DNA of 64,000 bases. It comes from Vezdaea acicularis. Its lineage: Eukaryota. The stretch covers positions 1 through 64,000 of the forward strand of contig JAPEUI010000051.1 of NCBI GenBank assembly GCA_026025075.1, given 5' to 3'. Positions 47,905 through 60,379 of this stretch are shown here, piece by piece. A program made the translations under genes and the position numbers. Positions within the stretch are counted from its first letter, which is position 1, and each line of letters starts with the position of its first letter. The notes beneath the pieces were generated by a model. That model was not told the DNA's origin. It searched no databases and was given only the letters and a program-made list of their open reading frames with translations.

Positions 47905-50648
47905 ATGTCGTTCTTCGGATTTGATACGTCCCTACCAAGGGATCGTGGGCATCCCGTCAACGCGCCTGGATTTGGACAAGCTCCTGATCCATTTGCTAGT
48001 TTGTCGGGAAGAGGAGTGGATTCCGACGAGGATGATGCGTGAGTCATGTCTAAGGCTTATGAACGTCAGCAGCGAGCGGATGTTAACTTCCCACAGACTT
48101 GATTTCGAGGATACTTATGATGGCCTTGGAGATCAACTTGACGAGACCGATGATGCCTTTAATGACGAAACATTTGGAGGAACAATTGCTGAGGCTAGTA
48201 GTCAGAAGCCTGTTGGAAAGGATTTCGACTTTTATGGAAAGACTGCAAAGGTATCCGATGCTATCAACGAGGAGCAAATGAGATTTGAGCGCCAGCAGCC
48301 ACCCCCAAAGTCTGTTGCAGCTACAGCTTCGGCTCCCGTAAAGCCACCTGCAAAAGCCGCTCGAACTGGATATGAGAAATACAAGGAACCCGGCTACATT
48401 CCTGAGCTTGCAGCGAATCCCAGTATATGGGGGACGGAGCCAAAGAACACCATCCCTGCTCCTAGTGGCAATATTGGGGCAACTCCAGATACTAGGTCTA
48501 TATCTGGGAATACCATAGGGAAAAAAATGATGAGCCTCGAAGAAGTTGAAGCAGACATGCGCGCAAAGGCTAAGAAACAGGCATTTGCTCCACCGCAAGA
48601 TCCCATTCCACAAGGACAACTGCCGCCACAACAACCAACTCAGGTGCAACAGCCTCAATTGGATCATCGTGTACAACAGCCAAGGCAGCAACAACAAGCG
48701 CCCCCGACCGGCCCGGCAGGTTATGCTCATCCTAGTCCACAGCGTTCCAAACACCCCCAAAGCCAGAATGTCCGACAGTCTTATCCAGGCCCAATGGAAC
48801 AGGCGCATCGAGGACCAGCCCAAGCACGTCAAATACTGCAGAGACCGTCCTCAATGAAATCTCGTCCACCCACTCAGCCAGCTTCATCTCAAGCCCCTAC
48901 TCCACAAGCCTCTATCAAGCCTGTTGTTCTGCAACCCGTTCAAATCCTACAAAACCATCAACGTCATGCGCAGCAACAGCCATCTGGGGGAGTGCCCCAG
49001 ATCAGCCGGCCTCAGTCTGGGGGATCTCTTCCGTTGGTTACTCATCCCGAGCAGATCCTTGACCTCTCTGATGAACAAAGAATGGCTTACTTGCAAGAAG
49101 ATGCCAAACGGGCCAAGAGAAATCATAAGATACATATGCTATCTAGACTCAATGGATTGATGACACCACAAGACAAGAATTTTATCACCAGGATCCAGTT
49201 ACAGCAGCTTGTCAGCGCTACTGGCAATCCGAACGAGCAGGGGACAGACGCTTCTCTAGAAGAAGATTTCTATTATCAAGTCCATACTCAGATTAGAGGT
49301 GGGCCTCGGCAGAACCCTTCCCAGCCCCTCAATCACTTTGCACAAACCTATCTATTCCAGACTGGAGGCAGATATGGCATGTCCGGAAGGAGGCTCAATC
49401 GGGGAGGTGATAATCACATGCAAAGAATGGAGCAACAGGTGCAACGTGCTGTCGAGGCTGCGAAAGCAAAACCAAAGCATAAACAACTGGTCATCGAAGG
49501 TAGTCTTGGAAAGATATCTTTTAGCAACTCAAAGACTCCCAAGCCGTTGCTGAATATAAGACATCCGGAGGGGAGCAGGACCACGGCAGCGTCATCTGGT
49601 GAGCACGATCGGAAGGCTATACTTGGAGATATCGAGAAGCTTTACGACGTGGTGATGCGCATGGAAGAGATGGAACGCCACGTACCCCCTCCGCTCGTGG
49701 AGACAGACATGCAGTCCGTCCAGAAACACGAGGAGTTTGCTAGGCTTGTCGCAGGTCTCAACGCGAAACTGTTGGATGCATTGCACTTGGATGCTCCGAT
49801 GCTCCGGGAGTGGGTCTTAAGTTTTTTTTTCTCTTTGAAGGAAAACCCTCGCTGAACAAGTCTAGATCGTTCGCACCTCACCCGTTCATCGCCATGCTTT
49901 CCTATCCGAAAGGTAAGAAGATTATTCCGCGCGTTTTCCGCCACGTCGATCGCCATCAGCAGGCCACCATCTTCACAGTCGTTTTCTTCCACGTAAGCAA
50001 GCTTGACTGCATACGCAATGGCATCATCCGTTCGGATCAGCAGCAGTTGCCTCTCGCGACTCGCGAAGACATTGAGCTGTTCGTGCAAGCTATCCTACCG
50101 TGCATGTTTGCGTTCCTCAAAGACGCCGCTTCGAACATCATCCTCGGCTTGTTCCACTTGCTGCTCGAGAGCATTCGCATGGAGGAGCTGGCCATGACCA
50201 AAGTCGGTGTCATGATCCTGACGACCATCGCAAGCTGTGCCGAGCTCCTCAAGGAAGGAGGCACGATGGGAGCCGATGAGCAGGAAGTCTGGTAAGCTAA
50301 GTCTCTCCCTCGTTTGTGTATGTTTAATAGTCAGATGGGCTAATTGACTCTTCGAGCAGGACCGGTCTCTACAACCGCTTCTTCGACTCGCTCGAGCACG
50401 TGCTCCCAATCATGTTCCCCGGCTCCATCAACGCCGGTGAAGACACGTACGTGTGGCAACTCCTCGCTGCTGTCGGTGTCAACGGCAGCCCGGACCAGCA
50501 ACAGCGGCTCGTTCTCGCCGTGCGGGACCGCGTCACTGACACGATTGCACACGCCAAAACTCTGCCCGTTGACATGGCCGCAAAGCGCCTTGGGGACGTC
50601 AACCTCTTCCTGCGTGCCATTGGCTTGGATGTTGATATGCTCGCTTGA
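47905..50648 (+). CDS. PAT1: mRNA decapping activator / P-body protein Pat1 (3 introns)
   Basis: MSFFGFD, DAFNDETFG, MMSLEEVEA, P/Q-rich region, GLMTPQDKNFITRIQLQQL, EDFYYQV, GSLGKIS, HPFIAMLS..KGKK, NLFLRAIGLD. Confidence 0.92.
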
Positions 50649-52222
50649 TTTGGGTATTTGTAATGTCATCTCCTTCTAAGTTAGAAGATGAGGTGGAAGT
50701 CAGTCGAGAAAGGAGAATTGCTGTTAACTGCGTTTTGCTCGCATGTCCAGCGGATGTCGCCCGGCATGCAGTGATAGACCGTTCGAGCAACGCTGGACTC
50801 TTTTTCGTTCGTGGCTCTTGACTGGTAGCTTCTTGGGCTCGTCGGTAACGCAGTTGGCTGTCGCTATCCCTTGTCCCTCCTTTTTGGGGGAGTGGCAGCC
50901 GGCTGTGTTCGCTTGGTAGCATACCACATATAGGTTCAATGGGGGAGGGAAGGCAGACTGTGGAGGATGTGTTAGGCGGATGTACGGAATCAGCGAGTCA
51001 AGTGATTCATGCTTTGCTAGGGAGCGAGGAGGGAGCACCAGGTCTTCGTCGTTGTAGAGGGGGGCCGGAAAAGGGGATAAGGGAGGGAAAGGTTCGCAGG
51101 CGGGATTGTTATGGTAACCGGGCAAGGGGACAAGGCAGGGGTTCGCAGGTTAGCAAGCTTAGCAGGGGCATAGCCCAGATCGAAATTTTTTCACCCCAAC
51201 CTCTCCACGCACTCCCTACAGCCCACACCCCACATGCCTCGTGGAACCATGGCTTCAGTCCCGGCTGCCGGTGGGAGGTAGAGCTTGTTTAGTCTCAATC
51301 GCTCAAATTGAAATATACATACACCTATCTATAGGTACACGGGACACGGACAAGCGAAACTCGTAGTCGGTATGAGAAAAATGTCAGTGCCCACCTAGCA
51401 GACGACTGGAGGAGACGACTAGATGGATTTGTGTCATGTGTGTAGATCTAGATGGACTGGGTTCTGGGACTTGGGGGCTTGGTATAATGACTTTCGTTTC
51501 TGGTTTGACTCGACGGGTAGACCTTGCGAGAGATGAGAGAAAGAGAGACTCTCACGGCCTCTGCCCCTTTCGCGCGGGGTTTCAAGTAGTTTTGGGTGGA
51601 GTGGTGGTGGAATGTCACTTTCATCTGTCGTCTAGACAGGTAAGAGATTATTCCGACACTTGGCGGCTACCCTATTTACTTGATCTGCTCCTTCCACTGC
51701 CCTTTCCGCTCCCACAAGTAACAGCGCAAAACCCCCCATCCCACGATGATATGAAAAGGACCGCCTCACCCAAGCAACCAATCCCCAGACGACTAGGACG
51801 ATAAGCCAAGAAAAATCCCCCGACCCGCAGCGTACCCACCCCGCGTTTCCCGCTCCCTCCCAACCTTCCCCCTCAACCGACCGCCCGAGAAAGCCCTGTC
51901 CGCCCGGCCTTGAGGAAAGAACAGAAGATACCGCTTTTGCCGCCCCACGCCCAGGACGTAGCTTAAAACAAAGGAGATTCCAGTAACCGATAGTATGTCC
52001 ACAAAAGTGAAAATTACGCAGAGCAGAGAAGCGTCCCACAAAAAAACGAACAGAAGAAGAGAAAAGGGAGAAGAGAGAAAAAAAGCCGAGGAACTGAGAG
52101 ACCCCCCAAAAAATAACCAACGGACACACAAGTAACACGCGAAAATGGTGAAGCGACGACCAGCCCCGCCTCCGCAACTCCACCCCCCCGGGATCCCCCA
52201 CCCGCCCCTGCAAAACACGAAC

Positions 52223-55200
52223 TCAAGCAAACCCCCTATACTTCTGCATCGTGCTCCCCGGCCTACTCACGGGTGCTACATCACGGAAGAGATCTTTATC
52301 CGGGTCCGTCGGCGAGGTGGTGGCACCGGTCAAGCCGCCGACGAGACCGCCGGCCAGACCGCTGGCGATGATGCCGCCGCTCTTCTTCTTGTCTTTTTCC
52401 TTCTTGCCGATATTTTGGACGCCGCCTGTGCCAGTCAGCAATTGAGCTCATTACAATACTGCAAAAAAAGGGGAAAACTCAAAAAGAAGAACACAGGGGG
52501 ACGGAAAAAGACCTTACCTCGGCCATAAACCCGCACCTGACTATCCGCCTTGACGCGGGGCGCATACTTATTCAGCACCTTATTATCCCCGCTACCGGAC
52601 CCGTCCGAATTGCGCAGACTGCTGCTAGCACTTAAGCCGCTCTTTTGGCGCTGCGCGCGATATGCTTCGAAGGCCGGATCGCCGCCGCTGACGCCTAGAG
52701 GCATGGTGCCGCCGCCAACACCACCAGCACCACCGCTGATGCCAGCACCGGCAGAGTTCTGGCGGACGATGACGCTGGCGCGCCGGCTGGGTCCGCTGCT
52801 ATTACCGCCCATTGAGTGCGAGGGGTAGGACGAGGTGCCCAGCCCGATGCCGATGGGCGAGGTGGCGATGAAGTCCTCGTCGAAGCCGTCGTGGGCTTCG
52901 GAGAGTTCGGCGGGGGTGTGGAAGGGGCGGGCGTCGGGGGTGACTGCGAGGGCGGCGGAGGTGCCGGTGGTGGAGGTGGGGAGAGGGAGGAGGTGCTCGT
53001 CGCCGAGCAGGTCGAAGTCGTCGATCAGGTATTTGGAGGGGTCGTTGGCGGAGGGGGAGCCGAGGGCGGAGCTAGGACCACCGCCACCGCCGCTGCTGTT
53101 CCCGCGCAGCTCTTTCGACGCGACGAGGTCCATGTACCGGATGTCGAGCGCGCGGTAGCGGCGGTAGAGGTCGTTGTGCGCCTTCTTCAAGTGGTTGAAG
53201 CGCGAGTGGCTGGCGGCGAGGGCCGAGTCGAGCATGGACTGGAAGGCCTTAGGGGCCTGGCCGGCCTTGGTCGACTGCAGCGACTCGATCTCCTCCTCGA
53301 GCTCGTCGATGCGCTGGTCGTAGGCCTTCTTGAGGCGGTCGCGCTCGCCGTCGCGCGAGCGCAGCTTGAGGTTCGCCATTTCGAGCTCCGTGCGCGCCAA
53401 CTCCTCATTGTGCTTCGCCAGCTCAAAGTCCTTCTCCTGGCCTTCTAGGTCGCGGCAGCGTGTCGTCAGCTTCTCGATCTCCGCCCGGTACCGCTCCACC
53501 TCGTTGAGATCCATTTCGATGCTCTGCAGGTTCTGGCGCGAGAGCAGCTCCTTGGCCTCGGTGTCGACGACCAGCTTGCGCAGCTGGTCGCACTCGCGCC
53601 GGGCCTTCTCCAGCTCGCGACGCACGCTGCCTTCGTCGGCGCGCCAGTGCTTCTGCTCCTCGCGCAGCGTGCGGATCTTGGCGTTGAGCTCGCTCTCCCA
53701 CTTCTTCGCTTGGTTCTTGGACATGCTGGTTTCGCGCTTGAGTGAGGCGTACGAGCGCTTGGCCTCCTCGAGCTTGACGCGCAGTGCGCGGTTCGTGCTG
53801 ATGATGTTCTGCGTATCCGCCTCGACCGTGGCATCCTTGAGGTTCTTCCGCTGGAGCTGCCCGATGTGGGCGATCTGTTGCGTCTTGAGGTACCGCTCGA
53901 AGTTGAGGTCGTTCTTGAGAATGACGATCTCGCGTTGCAGAGACGCGATCGTGCCGACGTCGGAGCTGTCCGGCCGCATGGCGGGAGAGCGGGGCATCTT
54001 AGTCTGGGTCAGAGAGTGCAGGTAGGCGTCGAGACGTGGCGACGGGGTGTTGCCGGTGTGGAGGGAGATGTTGTCGGCTGCGAGAGGCTGGTGGGCACTG
54101 TTCCGTAATGTCTCCTGAGCTGAGAGCATATCTTGTAGCATGACCTCAGAGTCAGGCCGCACTGGCACTGGTGGAAGGGTAGGGCTGTCTCCGATATCAT
54201 GGGCTCTTGGCGCGGGCGAGGGATGGCTGGAGCGGTTCGCGTTCGCCCGCATCGAGGGGTGGCTCCGCTTGCGTTGTGACTTCCGCCGCGAGTTTGATCG
54301 CGATTGCATGCTGTTTCTATACGCCGGATCAGTCATCATCCAGGCCTCGCCGTAGCGTGAGTTCGTAGGTGAGCCGTCCTCATTCGCGAGCGTTGTGCCA
54401 TCGTCGTCCAGAGTCAGGAGGTTCTGAGCTGGAATATCGTCGTCAGACACAAATCCTGATGGGAGGTCGGGAAGTCGTGTCGTCGGAGGTGGGCCGGGAT
54501 CATCAAGTCGAGGGGCAACGCCAACAGTCAACGCCATGCATTCGGAGACGATGTCTGCCGGATCGCTGTTCATCCATCGGTTGAGATCCGTGAGCTCGGC
54601 TTCGGGCGTCGTTGTGAAGAGGTTCGGATGTAGGAGATGAACGCGGCGGAACCTTTCTGTCCGTTGCCTCGTCATCTCTTGATCAAAGTCCATCTCGTTG
54701 GCGCCCGGGAAATTCGCTTCGCGGAGATACTTGTGTGCGTCTCGTATGTAGCTCAGAAAGTTGACCGGATAGAGCCCGTATAGGAAAGTGAAGAAATGAG
54801 TGAGGTCGTGGGTGCTGGCATCTGCGGTCTCATCGGAGGAGCTCAACTTCTCCCACGCCTCGTCTTGACGGATGCCGCCATTTGGATTGAAGCTGTTTTG
54901 CTTCTCCGGTTCGCCCTCGATCTCCAGCTGGTGGGGGTTGAAACGCTCCCAGCAGAGAAGCCTGCTGTAGATGACAAACAGCCGTGGCAGCATCGGGCCT
55001 AGTGCATTGGGGATGTGAGAGAGAAACATGACGAGGTTGGTGAGCGCCAAAGACAGCACCGTCGTCGAAGTATCAATCATGAGACACTTTAGGAGGCTGT
55101 CGATGAGATCCGTGTGAAGCACTTGATGGAGGTGGGGTGGCTGATGCCGCACGAACATCGAGAGCAGCGAGAGCGCTTGAGAGCGATTCTCCTTTTGCAC

Positions 55201-55994
55201 AATCAAAGCGTTGATTGCGACCAAGAGATCCTGATGAGCGTCAGATATCAAGTTCGTTCAAAACTGGTCAGCAGAACGTACCTGTGGCCGCTTCCGACCA
55301 AAACAGAGCAGGACCGACTCCAAATGGTCGACCACGACAGCCAGCTCCTCGTCTTCAAAAACCAGAGATTCATCGGTGTCGATCGAGCTTCGCGTCCGTT
55401 CAAGGTAGAGCTCTAGAAGTTTCTCGGTGAAGATCCGCGATATCCGCGCCGCCTCCCCTAGGTGGTCCTTTTCCTCGTCGTAGATGAGGATGCTCAAGAT
55501 GATGCCACGGGTTTCGGATGCGACGACCTTATCCCGCCCCGACGATTCGAATATGGGGCGCACGAGGTTCGTCCACCATTCTAACAGACGGTCTGCTCCC
55601 TTGATCGCGGGCCGTAGCTGCTTCAGCGCCGCCAGAAACGCGGCATGTCTCTGCGGCTCGTCGACGACGTGCTTCCGGTAGATGATCAAGAGGTCGTCGT
55701 GGAGCCGTTGCGAGTCGTGATCGTCAATGCCCTCGTGCTTGAGCAGATACGCCTCAATGACTTGGGTGATCTCGTCGGGGAGAGGGCAGGGAGTCGCGGG
55801 CGCAGCGAAGGCGGTCGACAGCGCCTTGACCAGCTCTTTCAAAGATCTGGGAGTATTAAGCTCGTTAGCGATCACTCTTGGGAATTGAAAGTCCAGGATG
55901 TCCCCTCGCGGCCACCCCCCGCCCCCCAGCGGACTGTATGCGCAGAACTGCCTTGGACTTCAAACGAAGGTTGCTTTTCTTACCCAGACGACAT
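52223..55994 (-). CDS. TSC1: Tuberous sclerosis 1 (hamartin) homologue (3 introns)
   Basis: MSSG|SLKELVKAL, QPPHLHQV..T.LIDSLLKCL..D, FTFLYGLYPVNF, HLLHPNLF, LKNDLNFERYLK, long coiled coil, RVYGR|GGVQNIG. Confidence 0.9.
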
Positions 55995-56630
55995 CGCGGC
56001 GTCACGGACGGGCCCCAAATTCACCGCTCCGGAGGACCCCGCGGCCTCGGCGGCGGTACTTTTCGCAAGATCTTCACCACCCGCGCGGCTTCCACTACTC
56101 CTGACGTCGAGAGAGCGGCCGCACGAAGCTCAGAACAGTGTCGAGTGAAATGTCGTGTGGAGCGCAGCGCTGGGCGCTCCAAGAGCGAAGCTGGCCTGGC
56201 TGGCCGGCCGGCCACGAGCAGGACGGAGGTCGAGGGCTGGTGATTTGCTTATCGTGGGGAAAGTCGGCCGCCAGCGATTTAGGCGAGCGGAGGTGGTCGG
56301 TGACGGAGTTAGGAAGCGGCGCGAGGACAAGCAAATGCGAAAACGGCCTCCACTCGCTATAAAACAATTCTGGAGAAAAAGAGGGAGAAGTCCAGGGCGA
56401 AAGGCGAAAGAAGTAAAGCAAAAGAGAAAGAGAGAGAGAGAGAGGAAGAGTGAAAATGGAGAGGGCGAGTACGTGAGGGGAGAAATTGGGGGTTCGCACG
56501 TCGTGAACGCGCGCGGACCAGGGTCGGGCTGCTGATAAGTAGGCGAGCGCAGCATCCGTGGCAGTAGTCAGTAGTGCACGCTCTCGGACGGGCCCGGCGC
56601 CCCGGGGAGTTTGCGAGGAAGCATACTCTT

Positions 56631-56661
56631 GCTGTGGCTGCTGCTGCTGCTGCTGCTGTTG
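56631..56661. repeat. (GCT/CAG)n trinucleotide microsatellite upstream of TSC1
   Basis: gctgtggctgctgctgctgctgctgctgttg. Confidence 0.85.
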
Positions 56662-57863
56662 TTCGACCTGCGTGTCTCTCGATCTCTCTCGATCTCTGTC
56701 CAGTCGCTCTGTTGGTATCTGCTCCCGCCGGCCCCACCGCGCAGCATCTTACGGCAAGCGAGCGAAAAAGAAAGAAGGTCGCAGTGGACGGTGGCGGTCG
56801 AGTGGGAGGGGGGACAGAGGAGAAGGGGGCGTCCGGGCAGCGGACACCCCACGCTCCGCCGACGAATGATAACGACGCCCATCTTTGACAGCGGCTTGGG
56901 ATGCTCCATCTCCCGTCTGGATCAGCCCTCTCTCATCGCCCATCGGAAAGCTTCGACGCACAGGACAGAGAGCGGCCGCGGCGAATGCAATGCGGTGCGA
57001 GCTTCTTCATCCGGGGCACTCCCTCGTACCACGGTCCGCCTTCTGGACGGTGTCACGGAAGCCCGGCGGACACCAGTACGGGCGACGGTGGTCAGAGCAG
57101 CAGTTGATCGTCGGTGCGCCCGGTCAGACAGACACAATGACGGCGGGCGCTGGTTGGGACCAGCCTGCTGTCTCTCCCCCTCTCTCCTGATCTTCTTCTT
57201 CTTCTTTTTCAAACACAACAACCATCGGGGCCTGGATGTCACGGACCAGCGGGCGTAAAGGAGCACTTCCCATTGGCGACGGGTTGGGGGAGAGATACAC
57301 AGGAATGAGGCCCGTCCTGCATTAGAGGGGGACGGTGCGGGACAGGGCTGGTGGAGGGGGCCGCCCGCATCCTCTCTCTCTCTTTCTCTCTTTCCACCGT
57401 CCAAACATCCCCATCCACCACGTCGCCAGGTGTCCTTGATTCGAAACGCACAAAGCCGTTGCAGCAACCCCCCGTCCTGTGCAACCGGTGGCTGTTCGGC
57501 TCTGTGCCATCAATCTCGCCTGCATAAAGCGGTGGAGCTTGGAAATGGCGTCAAGACACGGTGGCGCCTTGCGTACCGGGGGAGGGAGAAACGTCGTACG
57601 AGATTGAGCAATGGGAAGGAGAACAAGAGAAGCGATCAAGCGATCGATCCATCGCCATCCAAAATACCCAGCTAGGAAGGTCAAAAGATCAAAAGATCTT
57701 CAAGGCAACGTCGCGGAACAAGCCTCTTCGTCGGTCGGCGAGAACCGGATGACAAGTGCACAAAGTCTCTGACAAAGCGAGCGAGCAGAGCGAGGGCAAT
57801 GAAATCCTCCCTGAGACCCAAGACCGAGATTAGGGGAAGTCCCATCGCGCATGGGCAGCGCCG

Positions 57864-57900
57864 ACCGATCGCCCCCACCACCGCGGTCGCCCTAACCCTA
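57864..57900 (+). ncRNA. Candidate telomerase-RNA template region (CCCTAACCCTA behind a short stem); alternatively a Tbf1-type telobox
   Basis: An 11-nt match to the complement of (TTAGGG)n at 57890-57900, directly 3' of a CGACCG/CGGTCG stem, in a 5.7-kb stretch with no recognisable long CDS. No pseudoknot or CR4/5 domain could be confirmed. Confidence 0.2.
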
Positions 57901-58340
57901 TCCTCTCTCCTGGGATTTGGAAATGGCGTACTGTGGGGGTGGGAGGGTGTGTCCATGCGTGGTCGAGCGCGCACACACAGACCGCCATCGCGGGCCTCTG
58001 CATCTCATATTTTCTGACCGCAACACAGCGCGCGTATTCCCATCCAACCACGTCGAATCAAAACGGCGCCCAGAGAGAAAGCAAACCCTCGAAAGCATTC
58101 GCTGGCGACGACGGGCACGACGGGCACGACGACAGACTATTTGATTTCCTTACTTTTCATCGGAGATGGTCGCGCTTGCGGCCAAAGAGGCCCCCCATTT
58201 CGAGTTCTAGATTGCGCAAGCGGCATGGAACGAACCCAGTTGGGTTTCTGCGAGTGCTAACGGTTTTGCTTGCTTTGCCTGCTCGCGTCTGCTTGCCACG
58301 TCTTGTGTCGTCCCGGGACCGCTTTCCGTGGTTGTCGAGT

Positions 58341-58399
58341 GAGGGAGAGGAGAGGGAAAGGAGGAGAGATGAGAGAGAGAGAGTCTGAGAGAGACAGAG
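58341..58399. repeat. GA-rich polypurine / (GA)n microsatellite
   Basis: gagggagaggagagggaaaggaggagagatgagagagagagagtctgagagagacagag; similar tracts at about 56420-56450 and 57372-57393. Confidence 0.8.
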
Positions 58400-60379
58400 C
58401 CAAAAACCTTGTCGAAACAGCATCCTGATTGCGTCAATTGGCCAATGGCTATATCATTATGGCGTGGCCAGTGATAGCTAACCGTGTTGCAGCTTCAGTC
58501 ATCTCCAACCCCAATCACTCATCGCCATTTTCATTATCTCGCACGCTCTTCCCTCGCATCTTTCCCATCCTGTCATTTGATTTTCTTACAGCAAGTCCTC
58601 TGAGTTGACAGTCGTCAGCGCGTCCCGTCCGGTCTCCCGCAGCCGCAATTCCTGCCAGGTCGAGGCACAGATCAATCGCATCCAAAGACCCAGCAACGAA
58701 TGAAAACCGACCAAGCTCGAAAACACAACCCCAAAAAGGCGGCAACTCCGCTCCCCGTACCTATCTTCGTGCATAGCAGGTGGTCGTGTGCCCATCTCTC
58801 CGGACACTTTCAGCGGTGGCTTGCCGTATCGAGTTCCAGAAGGAGGCACGAGAAAGTTTCCATTCGAGGCTGACCACGACGCCATCCCGCCAAACCGCGA
58901 TGGAGCTCGAAAGCAGGTGAGCATCCGTCGCTCGCGCGGTGATCCGTGAACAGACGTGGACTCCATCCTCCAAAAAAGACGATTCCAACACCTTCAAACG
59001 GGTCATGCAAGGACCGCGGATGTCGTTGCAATGGGGCACGCCTAGCAAGCTGCAGGGTCCGTCAAACCAGAGATGCGCTGCACTGCAACCATGGCACCGA
59101 CCGAGGAATCCATTGGGGCAACCTACCAGGAGATCTTCTCTCTTCACGACCATCACTTATATCGCTCATCCCCCATCCGTAACGCTCCCCTCCGCAAACA
59201 ATTTCTCTCTCGTCCTGACCTCACACTTCCCTCCAGGACATCGAACAAGCTTTTTTTTTTTCCGGCGGGACTGGACTCGACTCGTCAATTGGTCCCATCT
59301 CGCAACGAACTCAACCCGCGCGCCGGCGCCGTCGGCCTTTTTTCTCCACTAGTGACGTTAAATCGGCGTAAGCGAGATCGCTAGGCTGCCCGCCCAGCAA
59401 AAGGCGGCGCCGCGCGCTAATCGGCTTAGCGTGGGGCAACCTCTGCACCCCTGTCGATTGGGTTCTTCGTCTTGGCTACTTTTCACTAGCGAAGGGGGGG
59501 AGTGGTCCTGGGTTCTGTACTTGACTTTGATCGGAGAGAGGGGAGGTTTTGACGCGCTGTTGCTTGGGCGCGTTGGGCATGTTGAACGCGTCACGATGAG
59601 AACATGTCGCGATGATCAGGATGGCTCGCTTGCTTGCTCCTGGTCAGTTCTCTGGAGGTGGTCTGCTTGCTCAGTCTCGCCTGGTCCGTCACAGCTGCTT
59701 CGTCAAAGCTCAGATTTCTCCGAAGACCTGCCCAGTCCAGCGCTGAGGTAATAACGTGTATACGTCCATGAAACCCACCTCCCGAGCCCTCTGTCAAGTC
59801 CCTCTCCCCCATTCCTCCGGATTGAATTGCGGGGGATATGTATGTCACATCCCCCGACTTCTGCCGTGAATAATCCACTGTAGCCCTGTAGTCTGTACGT
59901 ACAGTCCACTATACCATCCAGACTTTCCCTTTCCTCCCTTACTCCCTCCTTTCCCCCTCCTATCTTTCCCCAACGACATAGAAAGCCTCGTCCCGAACAA
60001 AAGAGCTAGCCATCCCCTTTCCCACCCCTTTCACCCCCTTCTAAGTCTTGCAATCCGGCGTGGAAATGGGAATAGAAATAGAAATCGAATCGCTCGAATA
60101 GACCCCTCCGCGCTTCGTAAAAGCGGGACTTGGCTGAGCCCGTCCGTTGCACGCTTTTAGAAAGGTGCGAAAACGCTCCGGTTCATCGCCTTCCGATGAC
60201 TCGCGGGAGGTTGGGGGTGACGGGGGGTTCGCGCGGGACAGAGACGAGGGGGGCGGGCGGAGCGGGAAACGGTCGTGCGGAAGTCCGAAGCGGGTGCGGA
60301 GCGGAAGCGGAGCCTACCGAGCGGAACAACCGCGAGCGAAGCCTTAACTTTCCCCCCTCCCCCTCTCTGTCTTACCCAG

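Noticed and set aside
50724..52230. ORFs between PAT1 and TSC1 (e.g. 51632..52213, 193 aa)
   Set aside because: Low-complexity translations of homopurine/homopyrimidine tracts in convergent 3' UTR or terminator sequence.
52550..54025. Long plus-strand ORFs antisense to TSC1 (also 61797..62489 and 48083..48832 opposite other genes)
   Set aside because: Shadow ORFs caused by the codon bias of the real gene on the opposite strand.
56021..59909. Long ORFs in the gap upstream of TSC1 (e.g. 56611..57258, 215 aa, with a poly-Leu pseudo signal peptide)
   Set aside because: The Leu, Ala and Cys runs come from the (GCT)n microsatellite, the starts are mostly non-ATG, and no domain or consistent codon bias is visible.
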